Assembly (NCBI RefSeq): GCF_009914755.1
Contig: NC_060930.1
DNA length: 64,000 nt
Source: the human T2T-CHM13v2.0 reference genome, Homo sapiens
Strand: one strand, 5' to 3'
Shown here: positions 1 to 20,239 of the stretch, in pieces
Layout of the letters: the number at the start of each line of letters is the position of its first letter
Numbering within the stretch: position 1 is the stretch's first letter
Made by a program: the position numbers and the translations under genes
The notes under the pieces: generated by a model
What the model was told of the DNA's origin: nothing
The model's input: the letters and a program-made list of their open reading frames with translations, nothing else
Database searches by the model: none

Positions 1-400
1 ATACTCAACATCATTAGCCATCAGGGAGATATAAATACATGCTATATGAATGAACCTTGAAAACATTATGCTAAAAGAAGCCAGTCACAAAAGACCACAT
101 ACTGTACTATTCATTCATATGAAATATCCATACAGACAGATCCATACAGACAAATCCATAGAGGCAAATCCATACAGACAGAAAGATCAGTGATTGCTAG
201 GGGTTGAGCTGAAGGGGAAACAGAGTGACTGCTAATGAGTACAGGGCTTCTTTCTGGAGTGATACAAATACTCTAAAATTGATTGTGGTGACGGTTGCAT
301 AACTTGAATATACTAAAAAACACTGAATTGTACACTTCAACTTTAAATGGGTGAACTGCAAGGTATACGTAGGTTGTGAAATATATCTTAATAAAGCTAT
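1..400 (+). mobile_element. Old L1M (L1MB-like) 3' end fragment
   Basis: GAACCTTGAAAACATTATGCTA...AGCCAGTCACAAAAGACCACATACTG and a terminal AATAAAGCT, typical of L1M 3'UTRs; contains a ~14-nt unit (ATCCATACAGACA[G/A]) x4 at ~126-180. Confidence 0.75.
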
Positions 401-1054
401 TTTTTAAGTATTATTTCCTTTTCTTCTTGTATCCAGAGCTCTGAGTTTACATTTTACAAGTGGTACAAATCTAGTATGCCAAGTATTTGCCTCTCCTTAT
501 TTACACATTGGATTATTTCAAAAGTAGCTGGTTCCATCACTAAGACATCTATCATTACATTATATTTTTGTTCTTTCCACTGACATCCTTTAGTATTTTT
601 ATTGTTAAAGTTTAGATCTATTATATAATTTGCATTTATACTAAAAATTAGATCTATCATATAATTTGTGTTTATACTATTTAATGCAACAAAAATATTT
701 TGAAGAGAGTGTAAGAAATTCCATTAAACAATTCTCTGTGGTAGGTAAGTGCAAATTATGTTCTTAGTATTGCATTTCTTTTTGTGAAACAAACAAAAAG
801 ATGCATTTGGGAAACGTCGGCATTCAATGTATTCTATCAAGGCATAAAACATGATTTTACCACCGAAGTTTCTACAATTATTTTAGCCTATCTGATTATT
901 CCTGATTTAATATCTTGGTATAGAATGTTTACACCCTACATACTGGCAATTTGTTTTTGAAATGTTCATTTAAAGTAGGAAGTTGCATTCAGTTAAATAA
1001 CTAATAAGACTTTAGCAATATGCACATACAAAAGCATATTAAAAGCAGTTACAT

Positions 1055-1351
<297 letters not shown>

Positions 1352-1760
1352 AAAACCAGTTACATTCTTGTAGAATCAAACCTAAAGATTTCAGGTAATT
1401 TTCTAATAATTTTTATTTCTAAGACAAAAGTATACAAATAAATTATAAGGGAGAAATGAAAAGAGAAAGATAATGAAGAGAATGGAGGAAAATGTCTGGT
1501 TAAAATGACTTCTTTATGCAAAAAAATTAGGAGCTGTTTAGTGTACAAAAAGAAGAGATTTAAAACAGAGTAGAAAAGAAAAGCCCGGAGAATCATACTG
1601 ATGGCATTTTTAGATAATTCACTGATTTATTACAATATGTACACCAAAGGACATGGGTATGATCTGTAATAAATTCATGATTAATACTGTTAAGTATATC
1701 ATTCATCTCATCTAACTTAAAATATATACGTAGAAGAAAATACAATATTAATAAGCTTAC

Positions 1761-1895
1761 ATTCTTCTTCCTTTGGATCAAGCTGTGTAACACTAACAGA
1801 TAAACGGTCCACACGTTCTTGCAATGAGTTGACTCTGAAGGAAAAACTATGTGCTTCATTGAATAATTCTCCAAATATATCTTCAGCATATTTAC
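1761..1895 (-). CDS. WASF1: WASF1/WAVE1 second coding exon (135 nt, phase 1-1), part of the WAVE-homology domain
   Basis: Encodes (S)[44 protein letters not shown]; acceptor CATTTTTGCTTAG at 1896-1908, donor GTAAGC at 1760-1755; frame continuous with the exon ending at 15907. Confidence 0.97.
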
Positions 1896-2407
1896 CTAAG
1901 CAAAAATGACACATATATCATAAAATTTAACATCCAGAGCACTGAGTTTTTATCTTTGCAAGCAGTAGAAATCTAGCATGATATTTGCCCTCAGATACTT
2001 TGTGATCAGAGATAAATAATGAACAATGTAATATTACAACTGGTGACCTGTTGAATTTGGAATTTATTTGGAATTACAGTTGACCCTTGAACAAAATCGT
2101 TTAACTGTAATAGTCCACTTACATGTGGATTTTTTTCAATAAATACATTGAAAATTTTGGAGATTTGAGACAATTTGAAAAAACTTGCAGATGAACCACA
2201 TAGCCTAAAAATACTAAAAATTTTAAAGTATATTTTAAAGATATGAATGCATAAAATCTATGTAAATACTAGACTATTTTATCATTTACTACCACAAAAT
2301 ATACAGAAATTATAAAAAGTTAAAATTTATCAAAATTTACACACAAAACAAAAACATACATAGTGCCATTCACAGTCAAGAGAAATATAAAGAAATGGAA
2401 AGATATA

Positions 2408-2448
2408 TTAGGTTGGTGCAAATGTAATTGCAGTTTTTGCCAACCTAA
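2408..2448. mobile_element. Made1 (Hsmar1 MITE), internally collapsed to 41 bp
   Basis: TTAGGTTGGTGCAAATGTAATTGCAGTTTTTGCCAACCTAA with TA on both sides. Confidence 0.85.
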
Positions 2449-3250
2449 TAGTACTAAATCATAACAATAAATTTAAGTGTAATACTGTATTACTGTAACA
2501 ATTTTATAGCCACCCTCTGTTGATACTGCAGTTAGCTCTAGTGTTGTTACTATCCACTTAAAATGCTGTTTGAGCAGTTCTCTCTCCACTAAATTGCATA
2601 TAAGAGTAGGAAGTAATCTCTCATGGTTCTTGTGTATTTTCCATCATGTTTTATGCAATACTGTAAACCTTGAATACATTGTGAGACTCATTCAAAGTGC
2701 CACCAGTGATGCTGGAAGTACTCTCAAGTACAAGAAAGTCATAACACTACAAGATAAAGTTGAATTGCTTGATATGAACCCCAGATTGAGGTCTACAGCT
2801 GTGGTTGCTTAGCATTTCAAGATAAATGAATCAAACTTAAGGGCAATTATAAAAAAAGAAAAGGAAAATCATGAAGCCATTGCTGCAGATACACCAGCAG
2901 ACACAAAAACCTTGTACTTTTTGCGAATACCTTTTAATCTTGTATCAAAATGCAATTTTTGTGGGTGCATGGCTGTTACAAGAAAGCATACATACAGACT
3001 CTAACATGATTTGAGAAAAAGTGAAGTCCATATATGACAACTTAAAGCAAAAGGAAGGCAAAGGATCTAAACCTGGAAAATTTAATGGCAGTAAAGGATG
3101 CTTTGATACTTTCAGGAAGAGGTTTGGCCTCAAAAATGTCACAAGAGAAGCTGCAGCTTTTGTCAGCCAAGAGGCAGCAGATGAGTTCCCAGATGCCATT
3201 AAGAAAATAATTAGTTTCCATGTATGCTGCTTGAAAAAAAAAAAAAAATT

Positions 3251-3572
3251 GGCCAGGCATGACAGTCTGTAATCCTAGCACTTTGAAAGGCTGAGGTGGG
3301 CAGACTGCTTGAGCTCAGGAGTTTGAGACCAGCCTGAACAACATGGTGAAACCCCGTCTCAACCAAAAATACAGAAATTAGCTGGGCACGATGGTATGTG
3401 CCTGTAGTCCCAGCTACTTGGGGAGGTGAGGCAGGAGGATCACTTGAGCCTAGGAGGTCGAGGCTATTGTGAGTCGTGATCATGCCACTGTACTCCAGCC
3501 CAGCCTGGGTGACAAAGTGAGACCTTCTCTCTCTCTCTCAAAGAAAAAAAAAAAAACAAAACAGAAAAGAAA
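3251..3572 (+). mobile_element. AluJ inside Tigger2
   Basis: Dimer with AluJ diagnostics (GGATCACTTGAGCCTAGGAGGTCGAGGCT) and an A-rich tail. Confidence 0.92.
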
Positions 3573-4487
3573 AAGAAAAAAATTGAGTAGAAACAATATC
3601 TGCCTGAACAGAGTTTTAATGCAGATGAGAGTGTCCTATTCCAGAAAAAAAAAAAACTGCTACAGAGGACATTTATTAGTAAGAAAAAGTGAACACCAGG
3701 ATTTAAGGCAGGAAGGGACACACTAACTCTATTGTTTTGTGCAAATGCAGTCGGGTTTATCATCAGAACTGCCCTTATCTATAAAGCTGCTAACCTCAAA
3801 CCTTGAAGGAAAAAGAAGGCCAAAAGAAGAAGGCAAGACAACAAGAAGGCATGGACAATGAGAATCCTTTTTCTGGATTGGTCCCATTGACGCTTTGTCC
3901 CTGAAGTCAGGAAGTACCTTGCCAGTAAGGGAATGTCTTTTAAAATTCTTGTGATAACTGTACAACATCTCTGGCCACTCAGAACCCCATTAGTTTCACA
4001 CTGAAGGTGTCAAAGTGGTCCACTTGCCCGCAAACATGACAGCTCTAATTCAGGCTCTAGATCATAAGGACATTTAAGACTCATTACACATGGTATTCTG
4101 TGGAAGACTGTCAACACTATGGAAGAGAATCCCAACAGAGAACATCATGAAAGTTTGGAGGGATTATACCATCAAAGATGTCATAGTTATTATTGAAAAA
4201 GCCAAGAAAACCATCAAGCTCAAGAAAACAAATTCATAAAATTTGAGAAAACTGTGTCCAGATGTTTTGCATGACCTCACAGGGTTTTTAACAGTGCCAG
4301 TCAAGGAAATAATGAAATAGACAGTGGATACAGAAAAAAGGGTGGGGATGAAGCGTGGCAAGGTATGGATCTTGGAGAAATTCAAAACCCAATTAGACAG
4401 CACACCAGAGGAATTAACAGAAGATGACTTGATGGAGAAGAGTGCCTCCAAACCAGTACCAGACAATGAGAAAGAAGACATAGAAGA

Positions 4488-10684
<6,197 letters not shown>

Positions 10685-11566
10685 AAAGAAGACATAGAAG
10701 AAGTGGTGTCAGAAAACAAATTGACATTAGAGAATCTGGCAAAAGCGTTCCAATTATTCAAGACTACTTTTGATTTATTTTACAACGTGAACCCTTCTAT
10801 GATACAGTACCAAAACTAAAGCAAATAAAAGGAGGATTGGTACCATATAAAAACATTTTTAGAGAAATGAAGAAGCAAAAAAGTCAGAAATCAAGATGTG
10901 TTTTTGTAAAGTTACACCAGTGTGCCCACCTCTACTACTTCTACCTCCTCCACCTCTCTGCCTCTGCTACTCCTGAGACAGCAAGACAAACTCCTCCTTT
11001 TCCTTCTCCTCTTTGGTCTGCTCAATGTGAAGATAACGAGGATGAAGACTTTTATGATGATCCACTTCCAATTAATGAACAGTAAGTATATTTTTTCTTA
11101 TGGTTTTCTTAATAACATATTCTTTTCTCTAGCTTACCTTATTGTAGGAATACAGTATACTACTACACATACAACATAAAATATACATGTTAAGCAACAG
11201 TTTATGTTCTCGGTAAGGCTTCTGGTCAATAGTAGGCTATAGGCAGTTAAGTTTTGGGGGAGTCAAAAGTTATATGCAAATTTCTGGCTTCACTGAGGAT
11301 CTGTGCCCCTTACCCCTACACTGTTCAAGGGCCAACTGTATTTTAAACTTTAAACCCTATCTAAAGTCACCCAGCCATGACAAAGTGGGGAAAAAAAAAG
11401 AGATACCCTGGGAAGCCTGCTTTTAAACCTTGTTCTACTACTTTCTGTTAAATGATTTGTGTCTAAAATGGAAATTACTTGCTTTATCTATATCTGTCCA
11501 CCTGATGAGGGTTAGAGAAGATTATGATGTAAAGGTATATGCAAATAATATGCCTGTCAATCTGAA

Positions 11567-11632
11567 AGCATTTATATGTAGACTGTAGCATTTATATATA
11601 ATCAGCATTTATATATAATCAGCATTTATATT
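11567..11632. repeat. Short tandem repeat, 17-nt unit AGCATTTATATATAATC
   Basis: Two perfect and two partial copies of the AGCATTTATAT core. Confidence 0.8.
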
Positions 11633-12388
11633 AGCTAGAAATAAATTTTAGGCCAAGTAGCAGAACCCAAGATTCATCAAAGACCTAGAAGATTATCTGT
11701 CCCAGGGATGCCCAAGATATAGATTCAGAAATTTAGGAGATCTTTTACACCCTCTTGTTACAACTTCTGAAAAAAAAAAATCATAAATCTAAAATCACTG
11801 TATTCCTCTAGTTGTGTAAGTTCTTATTACTGAAAAGAGTAAGCCAAAATAACTTGAAGAAGATCCCTGCCATTACTGAATTTTGAGCAGAGGGAGAACC
11901 AGACATTTAAGCAAATATTTAAAGCAATTTAATAGATAAGTCCTAATATTTGTTCTATTCACTGTGAGACCTTGGTATCAATTTCCTTATCTGTAAAATA
12001 GGAATAAAAACATCTGTCTCTAAAAGAAGCAAGAAAAGAGCCTTGAAGTGCACCTCATACAGAGGAGCCCAATAACAGGCAGCTCTTAATATAAGGTAAG
12101 AGCAACACAGCAGAGATAGAAGCACCTCACTTTCAGGTGTCAAAAGTTATTTGGTGATCAAGATACTTCCAGAGACAGTTTCTCTGGCAGATAAGGGAAG
12201 CATCCCAAATGGAAGAAAAAGCAGGTATAAAGTTACTCATTTATTCAACAATTGGTAGGGATACAAATGCTAGGTGTAGATACAGAGATGGAAAAGACTA
12301 ATCTTGGCAATAAGAACTGACTATATTCCATAAGAGAAAAGCCAGGGGAAGAGATCCCTTAGGTATTCAGAATCCCAGTGGTTGTTAA

Positions 12389-12660
12389 TGAAAGGAGTTA
12401 GCTAGCTTGCTTTAGGCAGACAGTAAGGGAAGGGTCCCCAGAGAACCTCTGACCCACCCCACAAGGGCTTACACCAGATGCTTTGTGCAGATAAGGGAAC
12501 TTGCACAGGGGGCTTGCTTAAACATGCCCACAGCAGACTAAGGGCCTGCATGTGCACTAGGGAAATGTGGTGAAGCCACCAGTAATCTGTGCCTCATACA
12601 AATAGGGAACCCAGCCCCATCAGCGTCTCTCTCTCTCTCTCTCTCTCTCTCCTCTCTCTC

Positions 12661-12750
<90 letters not shown>

Positions 12751-12937
12751 CTTGTATTCAACTGTGACGGGGCAACCTGGAACCTGCTTTCAGGACCCCT
12801 CTCTTGGCTGAGAGCTTTCCTTTCACTTAATAAATTCTACTCCATTCACTCTTAGAGTATCTGTGTGCCTAATTCTTCCTCATCGTGAGACAAGAACCTG
12901 GACCTAGCTCAGCTAAGGAGTAAAAAACCTTGCATCA
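12389..12937 (+). mobile_element. ERV1-class solo LTR (family uncertain, MER61-like)
   Basis: TG...CA termini, 4-bp TSD TTAA (12385-88 / 12938-41), AATAAA at ~12829. Confidence 0.85.
12626..12747. repeat. Compound microsatellite (CT)n(TA)n inside the LTR
   Basis: Directly visible. Confidence 0.97.
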
Positions 12938-13007
12938 TTAAGAAAGCAATAAAATGAGAAAGAGGAAATTGATATAAAGTGAATTATAGGTTTGTGGTAA
13001 TTACCTA

Positions 13008-13500
<493 letters not shown>

Positions 13501-15856
13501 CTAGAAACATTTTGGATAGCCAAGTTTTCTAAGTAATTCAGATTTTATTATCTAATACATCAATTGTTATTTTAACTATTTTCGATGGAAACTTGTGAAA
13601 TGTATTCTAAGCTTCCCTCTTCTTAAATGGAATATAAAATTAAACATAATTTAATTTTTTCTTAGGGACTCATGGGCATGAATTATGAAAATCAAATATT
13701 ATCCTAGGCCAGAAAACAGCCTTGAAATGTATAAGGATATTTGCTTTACATTAAATGGCTTCTTTCCAGTTTTTATGTTGCATCTTCCCTTACATCACTT
13801 TGTCCTTTCCTGTGAACTACCTCCTTTTGGTTGGGTTCAGTGATGCCTCCTTCTAGTATCTCCTCCCATGCTTCCTCCTTTTATCCTCTGAAGCATAACT
13901 GTTTGGAAACCACATCATCAAATCTGTTTGAACTATCAAGGTAAAAGTAAACAGGTTTTGAGAGAGGGATCAATTGGTTATTTTATGTGCATGGTCTTTA
14001 GTGCATGAGTTTATTTATTCTGGCTATCTAGAGGCCTTTTAAATTTAATTCCAGGTTCTCAACTATGTCAAGTGGGAAAGCTGCCAGAGAAGTTAATTTC
14101 AGGGCAGTAAGCTATTGTCACACCTTGCTAGAATATTTTATGGGTTTTCTCTTTGTTTTTGAATCTCTACAAACTGCTTAAACAATGCCTTCCAGGTCTC
14201 TGATTCTAAATGTGAAGCACCCAACACCTAATTTAGTTATATTGTTACAAGGTATTTATAATTTTCAGAGTTTCGCTACAGCATAACCATGTGCCTGCTG
14301 ATAGATGTTGCTTATATGGACTATATAGACTTAAAAATTCCTTAAATTTTCATCTTTAAGTTTTGTAACAAATGGGTTAGTACTGCAAATTATCACCCTT
14401 AATCACAATATTAGTTCTAAATTCTATATTGGGTATATACCTAAAATAAGATGCCTGTACTGGATCCACAATTCATTTTAAGAAATATGTTATACAAAAT
14501 TACTAATGCCATTTCTATGTTCTTAACATGTATTTTAATATTAGCATGCTTATATACTTATGTATGTACATAACATATATAAAACAAATTTTATATGACA
14601 TCATGTTATACTTGATTCAATCCGTGCTAGGTCACAAAAAATCTGCAAAATATCTTTAAACAATATAGTTAATCATATTTAAACTGGGAACTCTAACACT
14701 TTTTTTATTAGCCTCAAGTAAACAATACAATATTTTAGTGATTCACTAACCTGAAAAAAATGACCACTGAATGGAACAAGGAATATACTTAAAATTCAAA
14801 TAAAATAGCCTTTTATTTATTCTTACTATTTCACAGGCAATGCAAAAATTTAGTACTCTCACAGAGAATATTCAAATGTAACTTTTTATGTTGCTCTCGC
14901 TACAGGTATGCCTAAACTTTCTTACCGGAAACAAATTAGATTAACAACCTCTTGTGCTAAGTACTCAATTATAAAAGAAAGGACAAAAGTTAAAAGGAAA
15001 AGAAAAGAAAAGCCAAGCCTGCTTATCAGGAGAATTTATATGGCTGATGAGATAAATCTAGGACCACTTGGTGGATATTATCTCTGCCAAGAACACCTTG
15101 TTTCACCTTTAAAATGAAATATCAATGTCTTATGAAAAAGCTAATCCTTCAATGCAAAAGACAGACCAGATTTTTTAAATTTTCTAAATAAACTTAGAAT
15201 AGAAAATAATTTGTTTAATTCCTTAACCAAGTTGCTCTATTCTGTAAATCTGCAATGAGAACATATTGCCTGTCTCCTTCTCCCTAATCTGCCTCTTTCA
15301 CTGGCCTTTATTCTCTGGCCAACCTGCTTGACTTCTGTCTGCCAGAGGCCAAGTTCATTTGCTGTTTTCACACAATGCTGCATATCAGATTCCTGACTTA
15401 TATCCTAATGTCTCTTAGACATCCCACTTGACTAGCCTACCCCTCTGACTAATAATGACCCCATACCTCTCACCTTAGATCTTTGCTAATATAAAAATAT
15501 TTCCCTAAACTAATTAAATATATATATAAAGAGAGGGATACTAGTGTTTGAAAACACAAATAGTTGAGGCCTCTAAACAGAGTAAATAGTGATAATAACC
15601 AAGGAAAAGTACAACTCTGGTCCTTTCGCAGATTATATATTTTTAAAACAATCTCAATAATTTTCATTCATCATGTGTTTCTGTTCCTAGAGATTCTGTC
15701 CGTATTTTCCTTTCCCAGAAGAAACATCATGCAGAAGAGGTTCTTGTAAAACTCAATAATTATACTCATGTGACTATATTTTTCAGGATAATTTTGTACT
15801 CTTCTCACCAAATCATACTCCCAAATTAATCAGAAGCACAACTTCTTAATACGCTA

Positions 15857-16063
<207 letters not shown>

Positions 16064-16151
16064 TCACCTGTAGGAAATCAAAAATAAATTAACAATATTA
16101 AATTTCAGCCAACACAGAATGAGACTTTATTTTTCATTGAAGAATAAAGCA

Positions 16152-16569
16152 CTGTTGACCCTTGAACAACATGGATTTGAACTGCCTGGGTCCACTTACT
16201 GGTGGATTTTCTTCCCTCTCTGCCTCCCTGAGACAGCAGGACAAACCCCTCCTCTTCCTCCTCAGCCTACTCAAGGTGAAAATGACAAGGATGAAGACTT
16301 TATGATGATTCACTTCCACTTAATAGTTAATTATCTTATGATTTTTAATAACATTTTATTTTCTCTGGTTTATTTTATTGTAAGAATGCAGCATATAATA
16401 CATATAACTTACAAAATATGTTAAACAACACTTTATGTTCTCGGTAAGGCTTCTGGTCAACAGTAGTCTATAAGTAGTTAAGTTTTTGGAAAGTCAGAAG
16501 TTACACACAGATTTTCAGCAATGCAGAGGGTTGGTGCCCCTAATCTCTGGGTTGTTCAAGGGCCAACTG
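16152..16569 (+). mobile_element. Tigger2a (non-autonomous Tigger2 derivative)
   Basis: TIRs CTGTTGACCCTTGAACAAC / GTTGTTCAAGGGCCAACTG-TA; body matches the 3' end of the Tigger2 at 10950-11338. Confidence 0.9.
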
Positions 16570-16990
16570 TATTTGCTTGTATGAAGACAATAAAAATGAA
16601 ATTACCCAACTAAAATAATCAAAATTGATTTAACTTCCAATTACTAGAATATCAACATTATACAAAACGTTTTTTAAAAACTTGCTTTCAATGTCAGCTG
16701 CTGCATGGTGAATTCACAATTATCACCATTATTCTCCTAAAAACACTGTTTTTATTTACTATAATAGGGATTTTGTTCTAGAGAGTTAGTGTGAGATGTC
16801 CTCTCTAAGGAAGTGCATAAAAGGATTAAGGAAGCTGTAAGAGTAAATCAAATTTACATTATCACACAAAATGTATCAGGTGTTCAAAAGCTCAGATCAA
16901 ATACTCCAAGTAGCCCTGCACCTGAAATCTCATTGGAATCTACCAAATCTTTATTTAACTGATCAAAAAGTTCAACCATCTTTGAATTAT

Positions 16991-18430
16991 AGGCTGCTCT
17001 CACTTTGCATGCTTCGCATATGCACAAATTTGAGTGACTCGAGTTAGTAACAACACTGCCCAACACCATGATTCAAATTTCACTTACTACAGCATATTAA
17101 CTGTGAGTAATTGCACAAATACAAACTTCATTTCTAGTACTCTAGTCCAGGACTCCCCAACCCCCCAGCTGCAGACCAGTAACGGTCAGTGGCCTGTAAG
17201 GAACCAGGCTGTACAGCAGGAGGTGGGCGGTAGGTGAGCAAGCATTACTGCCTGAGTTCCACCACCTGTCAGATCAGTGGCGGCATTAGATTCTCATAGG
17301 AGCACGAGGCCTATTGTGAACTGCACACGTGAGGGGTCTAGGTTGCATGCTCCTTATGAGAATCTAATTAATGCCTGATGATCTGAGGTGGTACAGTTTC
17401 ATCGCGAAACCATCCCCCACTCCACACACCCCCACCCCCTGCCCGTGGAAAGACTGTCTTCCACGAAACTAGTCCCTTGTGCCAAAAACAAGGAGACTGC
17501 TGCTCTAGTCTACAAATCACTGTTAAGAAGAGCTGTACGTCATGATCAGTGACCAATCACCACTTCTTTCAAAGTCAGTTGATGATTGGTTACACCCTCA
17601 TCTGTTAGTCAATTCACCTACAGACAGCAAAGCATGCATCTGTTGCCTTCTTGCCTCCCAGTGCTAAGTCTACATGAAATTTTACTAAATAGGTAGATGA
17701 AAGCAGGAATTGGCCAACAAAGACAGAAGTGCAGCAAAAAACAAAAAAACAAACAAAAAAAATGGTAACACTGGAAATGAAATTCAAATCCAACATAAGT
17801 GGAGTAACAGATGAAGTAGCTGACTGTGGAAATGTTGCCACTGCCACTGTTTGAGAGCTTCTAGATATGCAGCCTGAGGAACTTAGCGAAGGCAAACCTA
17901 CAGACATAAATGAGGAATGTGGTTGTGACAAAAAGAAGGAATATGTTCCAAAGGAAGTGACACTAGCAAAAAAACCTTCACATTTAAGAAACTCTTGGAG
18001 CTACTTCATGACAGTGGAAGCACAAAAGATAAAACGTTGGAAGCTAATCCTAATTTAAAAGAAAGGAGTGTGACAATTTGCCAAGGCACAGAAAAGATGC
18101 TCACTTTGCTAGCTCTGCTATTGTAAGTTACACAATGAGAACTGCTCAAACTGCCTTTGATAAGTTTTTTTTACAAAGAAATAAAACACTAATTCTAATT
18201 GATTCCAATATCTTCAATGACATTGTGCTAAGTAAATACTTCTAAATTTCCCTATACATTTTAACCTACAATAGAAGAGGTTTTACTGTCTTGACAAAAA
18301 TTTTTAAAGAGCGTACGTTAAAATACTGTAATTTTCCCCATTTTTAAATTAAGATCATTTTTCATGGTTTCAACTTATACTGTCATTTTTTACAGTCCTG
18401 CACTACTGCAAAGTGGGAAATGACTGACTG
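16991..18430. mobile_element. Old TcMar-Tigger element (Tigger13a-like), interrupted by MER1B
   Basis: Degenerate inverted ends (CTCACTTTGCA / TGCAAAGTGGG); transposase C-terminus-like peptide MQPEELSEGKPTDINEE. Confidence 0.6.
17148..17502 (+). mobile_element. MER1B (hAT-Charlie)
   Basis: 8-bp TSD CTCTAGTC (17140-47 / 17503-10); body CAGATCAGTGGCGGCATTAGATTCTCATAGGAGC. Confidence 0.92.
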
Positions 18431-19974
18431 TACTATCAGTGAACAACGGTTACTAAAGGAGACAATTTATTAATTACTGAGCTTTAATGACTAACAAATG
18501 AGAAGTTTGGGATAAACCTAATTGCAGTTAAGTGTTACTTATCAACATGCTTTTAACAATTTTTGCATAAATTTGTTTCCTCTGACCTATTTGTTTAGCA
18601 TTCTCTCCACATTTTTAATCCATTCTAAAACTGTGCAACATGAAATGTAGAGAAAAAAAGCATACAAAATTGTACACCTCAAAAATTTAACCAAACTCTC
18701 ATGTAACCCCATTAAGAAATAAAATATTGCCTGTACCAATTGCCAGAACCCGTCCACTTTGGTCCTCTTCCCATTCTTGCTTACCTCCCCAAGATAGGTA
18801 ACCTTTATTCTTTTTATAATAAGCATTTCCTTGTTTTTCTTTTTATTTTCACAACTTACATAGGCAACTTTAAACACTATAGTTTTGATAGCTTTTTGAA
18901 GTTTATATAGACTAATATGATACATATTATTTTATGCCTTGCCTTTTTCATTCCACATTGTAACATTCATCCATACTGCTCTGTGCAGGTTGTTCATTTT
19001 CATTGCTGTATAATAGTCCACTATATGACAACACTACAATTTATTTACCCATTCTAATGTTAATGAATTGTTTCCAGTTTGAAGCTATTATGAAGAGGAC
19101 TATACTGATCATTCATGCACATGTGTCTTAGTGTACACATTTCTATTGTGAATATACTTCAGGACAAGAATAGCCAAGTTAAGGATACACACAACTTCAT
19201 CTTTAGGAAATGATGCCAAACTGTTCCAGAGACTGTACCAACACTTTACTTTCGGCAGTTAAGAGGCTGCTGCTCCACATCCCCATAACACTTGACACTG
19301 TCAGTTTTTAAATTCTAGCTGTTCTTGAGGGTATGTTGTGGCTACTTGTTATAGTTTTAATTTGTGTTTCCCAATTATTGAATTTAAGCACCTTTTCATG
19401 TTTCTTGATCTTTTGGGTTTTTCTCTTGGGAAGTGCCTGTTCAATCCTCTTGTCCATTTTTGGCCATTTGTTGTGTTAGGGCTGATTTGTAGAAACACTA
19501 GATATGAGCCATTTGAAGGTTATAGGTGATGGGAATCTCTTCTTTCACTTGCTATTCCACTTTCTTAGTGATGTCTTTTAATGAACAGAAGTTTTTACGC
19601 TCCATGTGGTAGGGATATTCTCAATCTTTTCAAGTTTAGAACAAAAGCATAGTTTCTAAAATCTTTTTCTACACCAAGATCATAAATATGACCTTTCACT
19701 TTATCTCTTAGCTTTGTTTTTTCTTATAATCTGTAACTGATGTGGAATTAATTTTGTGAATGGTGTGATGTAGCAGTTAGGTTTCTTATATATTATTTCA
19801 GCACCACTCATTGAAAAGCCTAGTATTTCTCTATTGCTCTATGGTGGCACTTTTGTCATAAATCAAGTTTCTATGTATTTTTAAATCAGATTTTGAGCTA
19901 CATACTATTCCATTGCTCTTTTTGACTAACCTAGAGCTAATGACAAACTGAATTAATCAGGCTTTATAGTAAGT

Positions 19975-20239
19975 TCGCTCTGTTGCTCAGGCTGGAGTGC
20001 AGTAGTGTAATCTTGGTTCACTGCAACCTTCGCCTCTTGGGTTCAAGCGATTCTCCTGCCTCAGCCTCCGGAGCAGCTGGGACTACAGGTGCCACAACAC
20101 CCGGCTAATTTTGTGTATTTTTAGGAGATGGGGTCCTGCCATGTTGTCCAGGCTGGTCTCAAACTCCTCAGCTCAGACAATTGACCCACCTCAGCCTCCC
20201 AAAGTGCTAGAATTACAGGCTTGAGCCACTGTGCCTGGC
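19975..20239 (-). mobile_element. Alu lacking its 3' end and poly(A) tail
   Basis: On + it begins at TCGCTCTGTTGC with no T-tract; flanked by TTATAGTAAGT / TTATAGTTAAGT. Confidence 0.9.

Noticed and set aside
1717-1914. 65-aa ORF as a standalone gene
   Set aside because: It is the WASF1 exon plus intronic read-through on both sides; the same holds for the tail of ORF 15854-16039.
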